From: a virus
IMG/VR virus record: IMGVR_UViG_3300048919_000216
Coordinates: 1-45,875 of that record
DNA length: 45,875 nt
Reading direction: 5' to 3' (one strand)
Shown: positions 39,832 to 45,875 of the stretch, in pieces
Layout: each line of letters begins with the position of its first letter
Numbering within the stretch: position 1 is the stretch's first letter
Position numbers and translations under genes: made by a program
The notes under the pieces: model-generated
Seen by the model: only the letters and a program-made list of their open reading frames with translations
Databases searched by the model: none
What the model was told of the DNA's origin: nothing

Positions 39832-41180
39832 ACCGCACCGCCTTCAGGCGCACCGGCCTGGTTGCCCCAAAAGTCCCATTTGCCGTTCAGCCGGATATCA
39901 CCAGCGGCAAGACTTTCTTTGCGCTGGAATAGTTCGAGCTTGCGCAGATCCGGCCAGAGCGCGTCGATCCGCTCGGCAAACCAGACGGGCTTGCGGCTGT
40001 GGTCGCTCTTTACTTCGGAATAAAGGCTATCCGGTTGCGTTCCCTCTGCCGGGGCAAGCGAGATATCCCCGCGCTTTCCTATCAACAGGATTTCATGGCG
40101 ATCGCGAACCCACCGGCCCATGCCGATGTGAACCTTGTCCCAAGCCATGCAGGTGACGTATTGGAAGCCCCATGCTTGCAGCACGGTGATGCCATCCACC
40201 AAGCGGTTCGCCGTCACCCAAAGGTATAGAACCGCGTCGCGCGTGAATGGTGATTTCTCGCCAGCGCACAGCGCCGCGATTTCTTCAACCGTCATGGAAG
40301 GGTATTTCAGCCCCTTGTCCTGACCGGTTTCGTCGCTCCAAGCTTCCTGCTTCCATGGCGGATCTGCGTATCCGATAGCATAGGCGGCACGAGGCATTTC
40401 GGCAGATGAGCGCCGCCCTTGTTCGGCGATCAGCCCCACCATGCGCAAACGGGATTCGCGGCTGCTGGCACGCTCTGCCGTGCGAACAACCTTGTGTTCG
40501 GCCTTCACTGCCTTGTCAGCAGCCAGAAGCGCACGGACATAGCTTTCTTGCGCCTCAGCGGTTTCGATCTTCGAAAGGTGATCGAGTGTCACGCCATTGT
40601 TGTGACGCGTCCCGATGAGCTGCTGAATAACAGCCTTTGAGATTTTCTCGCCACGCGCTACGTCCCGTCGGATAGACCGCTCATCCCTACCGGTCGCTTC
40701 CGCAGTCGCGACGGCAAAAGTCTTGACGTCACGGACAACTTGTCCGCCACGTCCCAACGCCGCATTAGCCGCTCTGGCCTGTGCGACACCCTTTGCGGTT
40801 TCGGGAAACTTGATCAGGTGCAGTTCCTTGCGCCGCGCCATAAACAACGCCCGCTCGGCAACACTCAGATCCGATCGGATCAAGTTTTCGTCGATTTCCC
40901 ATAGCTCACGGTCGGTCTCGTCCCCCAGCTCGTGGAAGCAAAGGATGCTGGACATTCCAAGACGGGTGCAGGCTTCAAGGCGATGACCGCCAGCGCTCAA
41001 ACGAACGGCGTCATCATCCTCTTTCCCGAAAACCGTGATCGGCGTTTTGAGGCCGACGCTACGGATGGAATCCATGAAGGAAAGCACTTTGGCTTCGTCC
41101 AGGCTGCGCAGCCTGTCGCCCACCACGATTTTTTCAATGCGTCTAGCAATCGCTATTTTCTTTTTCGGTTCGAGGGTCAT
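39828..41180 (-). CDS. ParB-like nuclease domain fused to an MT-A70-family N6-adenine methyltransferase
   Basis: The N-terminal ParB/Srx fold shows LKTPITV...LSAGGHRLEA. The C-terminal part has YADPPWK (DPPW) and downstream MT-A70 blocks (LYLWVT, GFQYVTCMAWDK). Confidence 0.85.
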   Translation of the reverse strand: MTLEPKKKIAIARRIEKIVVGDRLRSLDEAKVLSFMDSIRSVGLKTPITVFGKEDDDAVRLSAGGHRLEACTRLGMSSILCFHELGDETDRELWEIDENLIRSDLSVAERALFMARRKELHLIKFPETAKGVAQARAANAALGRGGQVVRDVKTFAVATAEATGRDERSIRRDVARGEKISKAVIQQLIGTRHNNGVTLDHLSKIETAEAQESYVRALLAADKAVKAEHKVVRTAERASSRESRLRMVGLIAEQGRRSSAEMPRAAYAIGYADPPWKQEAWSDETGQDKGLKYPSMTVEEIAALCAGEKSPFTRDAVLYLWVTANRLVDGITVLQAWGFQYVTCMAWDKVHIGMGRWVRDRHEILLIGKRGDISLAPAEGTQPDSLYSEVKSDHSRKPVWFAERIDALWPDLRKLELFQRKESLAAGDIRLNGKWDFWGNQAGAPEGGAV

Positions 41181-41407
41181 AGCTCACCCATCGTTCGAAC
41201 ATAGCAGCCGTGGTCGATCGCCTTCAGCGTTGCGCTCACCTGCGCAGCGGTTCGACCGCGCTTCAGGTGTGTTTCAGGCGTAAGCGGGTTAAACTGAAAA
41301 GCCGCGCTGGACATGGCGCGGCGAACATCGGCGGGAAGAGCATCAAAGCGGCGCATCAGCGCGGCCTTTTCCGGCAATGGCGGCGGCAGGCGATCGGGTC
41401 CATCCAT
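41177..41407 (-). CDS. Hypothetical early protein (76 aa)
   Basis: Coupled to its neighbours by overlapping start and stop codons. Confidence 0.5.
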   Translation of the reverse strand: MDGPDRLPPPLPEKAALMRRFDALPADVRRAMSSAAFQFNPLTPETHLKRGRTAAQVSATLKAIDHGCYVRTMGEL

Positions 41408-41658
41408 CAGTGCGCGCCCCGCAGTTTTGCCAGATAGGAGACGCCGCGCGGCGTTGTAGTGACGATTAGACGCTTGCCGTCCCGCTCAATCTTGCAATAG
41501 CCGGCACTCTCACAGGCCTCGGCGCGCTGGCGATGAAATAGCGTGACAAGCTGCATGCGCCCGCCCATCGTAGTTTGGAGAGTGCGCAGGAAGGCACGGT
41601 CGCGCTCTTCAAGCGGAACGGTGATAACTTGAAATGATTGACCGGGTGCGGGCTTCAT
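41407..41658 (-). CDS. Hypothetical early protein (83 aa)
   Basis: Coupled ORF. A weak winged-helix-like C-terminus (IERDGKRLIVTTTPRGVSYL). Confidence 0.5.
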   Translation of the reverse strand: MKPAPGQSFQVITVPLEERDRAFLRTLQTTMGGRMQLVTLFHRQRAEACESAGYCKIERDGKRLIVTTTPRGVSYLAKLRGAH

Positions 41659-42149
41659 TCGTCACCGCCGATCATCATTGCATCGAGCTTCGAAAGCGCC
41701 TGTTTCGCCGAGGCGATCCGCTTGCGGATTTCCTTACGCTCCAAGGCGTCAACGTGACCGTCTTCGAAAGCCTTGCCGACTTCATCGACCACATCGTCGA
41801 GGACGCGATCGAGCTTCAGAAGACTGAGAGGGCAGAGCTTGACTTCCATTCCCTCACGAACATCGATCGACACCAGGCCGTAACTCAACTCGCGGGCCAT
41901 GGTGGTGAGTATGAACGGGTGCGCCGATCGGCGATCCAACTCGACGGCCAGATCCACCCGAATGAAGTTGTCTTTCCATTGATCGGCGGGCGAAGCGTAC
42001 TTGGAGAGCGGGGCAATGGTGACGCCGAGCAGGTCCGCTGCTGACGAGGTGCCGCCTACGGCATCATATGCCGCCTGCGTATTGGCCTTGAGAGCCGCGT
42101 GGAAGATAGGAGAATTTTGACGCACTGAGAGACCCCACACAAAAAGCAA
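41655..42149 (-). CDS. CII-like phage regulatory protein (CP76-type pattern)
   Basis: An HTH-like segment AADLLGVTIAPLSKYASP is followed by a C-terminal DGHVDALERKEIRKRIASAKQAL helix, as in CII/CP76 regulators. It lies after the cro-like gene. The start is uncertain (TTG 42149, GTG 42140 or GTG 42125). Confidence 0.45.
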   Translation of the reverse strand: MLFVWGLSVRQNSPIFHAALKANTQAAYDAVGGTSSAADLLGVTIAPLSKYASPADQWKDNFIRVDLAVELDRRSAHPFILTTMARELSYGLVSIDVREGMEVKLCPLSLLKLDRVLDDVVDEVGKAFEDGHVDALERKEIRKRIASAKQALSKLDAMMIGGDE

Positions 42150-42177
42150 GGAAAGAAATTCGGGAATTGATTCCGTG

Positions 42178-42195
42178 AAAACCGCTTCGAAGCGG
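42178..42195 (-). terminator. Short hairpin plus U-tract between the cro-like and CII-like genes (tR1-like position)
   Basis: On the minus strand CCGCTTCGAAGCGG is followed by TTTTCAC. Confidence 0.4.
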
Positions 42196-42200
42196 CGTAC

Positions 42201-42425
42201 TCAGATGGCCGTCACCACAACGCAGAGGCCATCACATGCAGACGAACGAAAGTTACCCGCGCCGGACAAATCAGCATGTTCCGTCTCGGCGCGGGCCGCA
42301 GCAGGCCGGGAGGAAAGGCCGCGCGATTGGAAAGAAAGCCGCAAAGGTGCGCGTACACCCCTGCGGCCCGACTGGCGCAATGCGGGTGTCACAGCACCAG
42401 GCTTTGAAGCGTCGAAAGTTTTCAT
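42201..42425 (-). CDS. Possible ORF (74 aa, Arg/Ser/Ala-rich) coupled to the cro-like stop
   Basis: It has an ATGA overlap with the cro-like gene and ends right before the hairpin. Its composition resembles a non-coding frame, so support is weak. Confidence 0.25.
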   Translation of the reverse strand: MKTFDASKPGAVTPALRQSGRRGVRAPLRLSFQSRGLSSRPAAARAETEHADLSGAGNFRSSACDGLCVVVTAI

Positions 42426-42670
42426 TCCGCAGCCTCCAAAGGAAACAGGTCGGAACGGTGGGTCTTCAGCCATTCCAGACGCTGGTCATGCATATCGATC
42501 ACGCCAACACTGTCCTCCGTGACTGATCGAATGCGTTCAACAAGATGAGCGTCGGCACGGTTTTCACCCTCTTCATAGCGCTGATAGGTTCGCGGCCTCT
42601 CGATACCGAGAAGCGCCGCCATGTCAGCAAGGGTCTTTCCGCGCGTGTGTCGCCACTGCTTCAATCTCAT
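42422..42670 (-). CDS. Cro-like XRE-family HTH regulator
   Basis: MRLKQWRHTRGKTLADMAALLGIERPRTYQRYEEGE is the HTH. It is divergent from the repressor. ATG 42670 lies 7 nt downstream of the predicted -10, so the mRNA would be leaderless. The 42697 start lies inside the promoter. Confidence 0.8.
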   Translation of the reverse strand: MRLKQWRHTRGKTLADMAALLGIERPRTYQRYEEGENRADAHLVERIRSVTEDSVGVIDMHDQRLEWLKTHRSDLFPLEAAE

Positions 42671-42677
42671 GGCCGGG

Positions 42678-42756
42678 AATATGTCGATAAACGACAATAA
42701 AAGTCAACAGCTTTAGTTGTCGATTATCGACATATCCTATTTGTCGAAAATCGCTA
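42678..42756. promoter_or_regulatory. Right immunity control region: promoter TTGACT-N18-CATATT (minus strand) plus three operators
   Basis: The operators are TGTCGATAAACGACA 42682..42696, TGTCGATTATCGACA 42718..42732 and TGTCGAAAATCGCTA 42742..42756. The -10 is at 42678..42683 and the -35 at 42702..42707. TATAAA at 42755..42760 lies 6 nt before the repressor ATG. Confidence 0.7.
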
Positions 42757-42766
42757 TAAAAATACC

Positions 42767-43399
42767 ATGTCAAATCAAATCAAAAAAATCCGGGAAATGG
42801 CTGGCAAGACGCAGGCGGAAGCGGCTGCGGTGCTTGATATTACAACCGAAAATTATAACCGGCTTGAAAAAGGAAAGACGCAGATAACTCTTTCCAAGCT
42901 GGAGAAATTGGCCGAGTTTTTCCACAGGCAACCCGCAGAACTCATCGCGAGCCATGGTAACGTGAGGACGGTTCGAGTACGTCAACACGTCCAGGCGGGC
43001 GAATGGGCCGAATCGTTGATCTGGGAAGATGATGACTGTTACGATGTGATCGTGCCGAACGATCCAGAGTTTCAAAACGTAATGCTTTATGGCGCGGAAA
43101 CGCGCGGACCATCAATGAATAAGCGATATACCGAAGGCGCAGCGGTAATATATACCGACATTATCGAAACCGGAGAGTCGCCGGTTCCGGGTCGCCGCTA
43201 CATCGTAGAGCGCGAGCGCGCAGACGGAATGCGCGAGGCGACAGTTAAGACGTTATACAAGGACGACGACGGGAAATTCTGGCTTCTGCCAGAGTCGACA
43301 GATCCTCGGCATCAAACCCCTATCGACCTAAGCGGCGGTGATGGCGATATCGTCCGTATCGTCGGAAGGGTGGCGTTCTCGGTCCAGCGCGAGAGCTAA
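42767..43399 (+). CDS. CI/LexA-like prophage repressor (XRE HTH + S24 peptidase)
   Basis: The N-terminal HTH is IREMAGKTQAEAAAVLDITTENYNRLEKG. There is a QAG/EW Ala-Gly cleavage site, a GPSMN serine motif and TVKTL (Lys). Confidence 0.9.
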   Translation: MSNQIKKIREMAGKTQAEAAAVLDITTENYNRLEKGKTQITLSKLEKLAEFFHRQPAELIASHGNVRTVRVRQHVQAGEWAESLIWEDDDCYDVIVPNDPEFQNVMLYGAETRGPSMNKRYTEGAAVIYTDIIETGESPVPGRRYIVERERADGMREATVKTLYKDDDGKFWLLPESTDPRHQTPIDLSGGDGDIVRIVGRVAFSVQRES

Positions 43400-43432
43400 A
43401 GCAGTCCGAATCAGCAACTAAATTTTTTCCCC

Positions 43433-43466
43433 GACCTATGTCATTGAACGACATAGGTCTTTTTTT
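43433..43466 (+). terminator. Rho-independent terminator of the repressor gene
   Basis: GACCTATGTC-ATTGAAC-GACATAGGTC followed by TTTTTTT. Confidence 0.85.
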
Positions 43467-43481
43467 GTTCTGATCATATGT

Positions 43482-43535
43482 TGTCGAAAATCGACATATA
43501 GCCGCTTGACTTGTATTGTCGGTTATCGACATATT
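43482..43535 (+). promoter_or_regulatory. Left immunity control region: promoter TTGACT-N18-CATATT plus two operators
   Basis: The operators are TGTCGAAAATCGACA 43482..43496 and TGTCGGTTATCGACA 43517..43531. The -35 is at 43506..43511 and the -10 at 43530..43535. This module is 30/32 identical to the right promoter module. Confidence 0.7.
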
Positions 43536-43647
43536 CACGCCGTCCCGTTCCGTTGAAGCCCTCGCGGATTGGGATTCCCCCGGATGGGCGGCGCACCCCT
43601 CATGTGACATGCCGCCCATCCACCCCCGATCAGGATGGAGTACGGCA

Positions 43648-43839
43648 ATGCAGATCCAAAGCGCCAACGACAGCGAACTGAAACAGAACATGGCAGACGC
43701 AATCCGACGCGTCGGCGAAGGTTGCACGGTCACTGACTTGCGGCAGTGGTTCACCGAAGCGGAGATCGCCCGAATGGGAGACGCGGCAAGCGCTCGCGCC
43801 CATGAAATGCAAGTCGAAGAAAATCGCGAAGCGGCTTGA
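43648..43839 (+). CDS. Small hypothetical early protein (63 aa)
   Basis: A GGATGGAG RBS precedes ATG 43648. The 43516 start in the ORF track lies inside the promoter/operator. Confidence 0.5.
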   Translation: MQIQSANDSELKQNMADAIRRVGEGCTVTDLRQWFTEAEIARMGDAASARAHEMQVEENREAA

Positions 43840-44075
43840 GCCCACCGCTTCCGGTTTCCGCACCTTTCGCCTGCGCAGGCCGGGTGCGGTTTCCCGAAGT
43901 GGAGCAGCCAGTGGCAAAGAAATCCGTGAAACATTCCCCAAAACTTAACCCACCCAAAGCGCGGCCTGAATGGCAACCGCGCAAGGAACAGTTTCGCGTG
44001 GGTGGCGTCGGCAAGCCAGTCAGCCTGCCCGCCATTGGCATGTTTCAGGCAGAGCAAAAGGCCGCGGATAAATGA
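43836..44075 (+). CDS. Possible small basic protein (start uncertain: TTG 43836 or GTG 43911 with a GGAG RBS)
   Basis: The frame is open to 44075 and its stop overlaps the next ATG (ATGA). The 5' part contains the GCCTGCGCAGGC palindrome, so the shorter version is more likely. Confidence 0.35.
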   Translation: MSPPLPVSAPFACAGRVRFPEVEQPVAKKSVKHSPKLNPPKARPEWQPRKEQFRVGGVGKPVSLPAIGMFQAEQKAADK

Positions 44076-44239
44076 CACCAAGCCCGACCGCGAAAGCGCT
44101 CTACCGCGTCATCTATCGCGACGGCTCCACCATCACCACGAAAGCTAAATCATCGGTTCAAGCTGGCGTCAACGCCGAGCGAACCAAGCGTGGCGCGATC
44201 AAGGAAATCAAGTTTCTGAGGAAGTTGAACCATGGGTGA
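44072..44239 (+). CDS. Small coupled ORF (55 aa; below the ORF-track cutoff)
   Basis: MTPSPTAKALYRVIYRDGSTITTKAKSSVQAGVNAERTKRGAIKEIKFLRKLNHG. It overlaps both neighbours. Confidence 0.4.
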   Translation: MTPSPTAKALYRVIYRDGSTITTKAKSSVQAGVNAERTKRGAIKEIKFLRKLNHG

Positions 44240-45218
44240 GAAAACGAACATCAGTTGGTGCGATCACACGTTCAATCCATGGATTGGCTGCACCCGAATT
44301 TCTCCAGCCTGCGACGGTTGCTATGCGGCTTTCATGATGGAAACCCGATATGGCCGCGCCGAGTGGGGCGGACCAGGCAAAGGCAACGGCACCCGCGTCC
44401 GTACCAGCGCCAGCAATTGGAAAAAGCCGGTCGCGTGGAACGCCAAGGCTGCGAAGGAAGGCACCCGCCCCTTTGTGTTTTGTTCATCCCTTGCCGACGT
44501 CTTCGATAATGTCGTCGAGGAGGAATGGCGCCGGGATCTATTCGACCTCATCCGCGCTACCCCTCACCTTGTCTGGCTGCTGCTGACAAAGCGCCCTCAG
44601 AACATCGCGAAGATGGCGGAGAAAGTTGGTGGCTTGCCGTCTAACGCCGCGATCGGCACGACGGTGGAGGACCAAGAGCGCGCGAACTCAAACATTCCGG
44701 CGCTGTTGAGAGCCAAAGAAGCCACCGCGCCCGCCTTTGCCTTCCTATCATGCGAACCCCTGCTGTCGCACATCCAGATTGCCGAGTACCTGCCTAACAA
44801 GCTTTGGGATGGCCTGCCGTCATGGAAACAGCCAGAAATCGATTGGGTTATCGCAGGAGGCGAGACCGACCAGGGCGACCATAAAGCGCGCCCTACTCAT
44901 CCGGGCTGGTTACGGAGCCTGCGAGACCAGTGCGCAACGGCGGGCATCCCTTTTCACTTCAAGCAGTGGGGCGAGTACGTCCCGCAGCTCGGCTCTGTCA
45001 GTCTTGATGATGACGGGGAGGTCAGCCGTTACGACTGGATGGAATGGACCGGCGAAGGCTGGGAGCATTGGCATAAGCCGATGTGGTGCGACGACCTAGA
45101 TCCGGAACACAGCATGATCCGCGCAGGCAAACACAAGACAGGCCGTTTCCTCGACAGCGCCGAACACGATGCGCGCCCTATCGTCGCCACCCCCCATTCA
45201 ACATCGACCGCAGCCTGA
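44232..45218 (+). CDS. Phage Gp37/Gp68 family protein (DUF5131, three-Cys motif)
   Basis: The N-terminal signature is TNISWCDHTFNPWIGCTRISPACDGCYA. Later blocks are VFCSSLADVFD, WLLLTKRP and DWVIAGGE....ARP.HP.W.R.LRDQC...G.PF.FKQWG. Confidence 0.85.
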   Translation: MGEKTNISWCDHTFNPWIGCTRISPACDGCYAAFMMETRYGRAEWGGPGKGNGTRVRTSASNWKKPVAWNAKAAKEGTRPFVFCSSLADVFDNVVEEEWRRDLFDLIRATPHLVWLLLTKRPQNIAKMAEKVGGLPSNAAIGTTVEDQERANSNIPALLRAKEATAPAFAFLSCEPLLSHIQIAEYLPNKLWDGLPSWKQPEIDWVIAGGETDQGDHKARPTHPGWLRSLRDQCATAGIPFHFKQWGEYVPQLGSVSLDDDGEVSRYDWMEWTGEGWEHWHKPMWCDDLDPEHSMIRAGKHKTGRFLDSAEHDARPIVATPHSTSTAA

Positions 45219-45229
45219 AAGGCAACACG

Positions 45230-45703
45230 ATGACCGAAATAACGCATGTGCCAGAGAAGTATGTTGATGAGGTTTCGGCCAGAACAAACGTTTCTCATGA
45301 CGCTTTTATCAAGCGCGACGGCGCGGGCTGGAAGCTCTGCCCCGCCGATCCAGATGAAGCTGAGGACATCGAGTCCTTTCCCCATGTGACGTTGACCCAT
45401 GGCGACATCGTGCTGTTTCACTCTTATCGCCACCTCGGCGAATACGAGCTCGATGTTGCCGAGGATGGCACATGGAAGGTCGCGCCGGAACCGCCCTGCT
45501 ACGCGAACAGCTTTGGCCTTCCTTGGTACTGGGAAAGCATGACGCACAATATCCCCGATCTGATTGAGCACAACGGCGACGAGATCAAGCCAGGATCTAA
45601 GGTGGAGATTGAAGCCTGGTGGTGGTCTGACAGCGCGGAGCCATGGCAATTCACCGTCGAAGGTGAGACCGCCCGCTTCGTCAAGGTCGAGGGCCGGGCA
45701 TGA
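45230..45703 (+). CDS. Hypothetical early protein (157 aa)
   Basis: ATG 45230 (MTEITHVPEKY...) lies 12 nt after the previous stop. The 45083 start is an Arg-rich extension overlapping the previous gene. Confidence 0.55.
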   Translation: MTEITHVPEKYVDEVSARTNVSHDAFIKRDGAGWKLCPADPDEAEDIESFPHVTLTHGDIVLFHSYRHLGEYELDVAEDGTWKVAPEPPCYANSFGLPWYWESMTHNIPDLIEHNGDEIKPGSKVEIEAWWWSDSAEPWQFTVEGETARFVKVEGRA

Positions 45704-45875
45704 CGGAGACCGCAACGCAACTCGAATGGCATGCCCTGTTTAGTGACGGCGGCGAAGGCATGCCGTGGATGGCTTATGTCGAAGGTCATCACGACGTCTT
45801 TGCGCTTGCACAGACCGCCGAGGCCGAGATCCGCGCTGCGTTCCCGCATCACCTGACCGAGGTTAACGATTGCCT
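45700..45875 (+). CDS. N-terminal part of the junction-spanning hypothetical protein (continues at 1..266)
   Basis: ATG 45700 overlaps the previous stop (ATGA). It reads MTETATQLEWHALFSDGGEGMPWMAYVEGHHDV... into the terminal repeat. Confidence 0.55.
   Translation, partial: MTETATQLEWHALFSDGGEGMPWMAYVEGHHDVFALAQTAEAEIRAAFPHHLTEVNDC
45749..45875. repeat. Terminal direct repeat, exact copy of 1..127
   Basis: Identical 127-mer at both ends. Confidence 0.95.

Noticed and set aside
1-45875. I searched for CRISPR arrays, tRNA/tmRNA genes, reverse transcriptase (retron or DGR), transposases and IS elements.
   Set aside because: No regularly spaced direct repeats, no cloverleaf-capable sequences, no YxDD-type RT ORF and no transposase-like ORFs or terminal inverted repeats were seen on either strand.

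Overview
The window is one closed circular replicon. Its first 127 nt are identical to its last 127 nt, so the unit length is 45,748 bp, and one ORF reads in frame across the junction. It encodes a complete temperate tailed phage with no integrase. Instead it carries a plasmid-style maintenance backbone at about 1.6-7 kb: an RHH regulator, a winged-HTH Rep-like initiator, a small serine resolvase, a type-Ib ParA plus RHH centromere-binding protein flanked by GCGTYAACG repeats, and a RelE/HigB-type toxin-antitoxin pair. I therefore read it as a phage-plasmid (extrachromosomal prophage), probably from a high-GC alphaproteobacterium (Rhizobiales-like; inference only).

Organisation:
- Immunity: a CI-like HTH-S24 repressor lies between two nearly identical promoter-operator modules with five TGTCGA-N3-TCGACA operators.
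- Minus-strand unit: one module drives a unit of about 34.5 kb. It runs cro-like, CII-like, a ParB-MT-A70 methylase, a long C5-methylase, a second wHTH initiator-like protein, a NusG/RfaH-like paralog, a strong intrinsic terminator, a candidate cos region, a lambda-type head module (TerS, TerL gpA-type, portal, gpW-like, ClpP-type protease/scaffold, gpD-like decoration protein, gpE-like capsid protein), a P2-type contractile tail (V, W, J, I, fibres, sheath, tube, E/E+E', tape measure, U, X, D) and a lysis cassette (holin, SAR endolysin, overlapped spanins).
- Plus-strand operon: the other module drives small genes including a Gp37/Gp68 (DUF5131) protein.

Points worth a second look:
- the NusG paralog sitting immediately upstream of a terminator that gates the late genes;
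- an AT-rich orphan gene pair next to the TA pair and an orphan Dam methylase;
- an opposite-strand GYF-domain membrane moron inside the tail operon;
- a frame-disrupted tail tube gene;
- a low-GC receptor-binding tip on the tail fibre;
- three DNA methyltransferases.

All functional calls come from motif and architecture recognition by eye. No database search was run.
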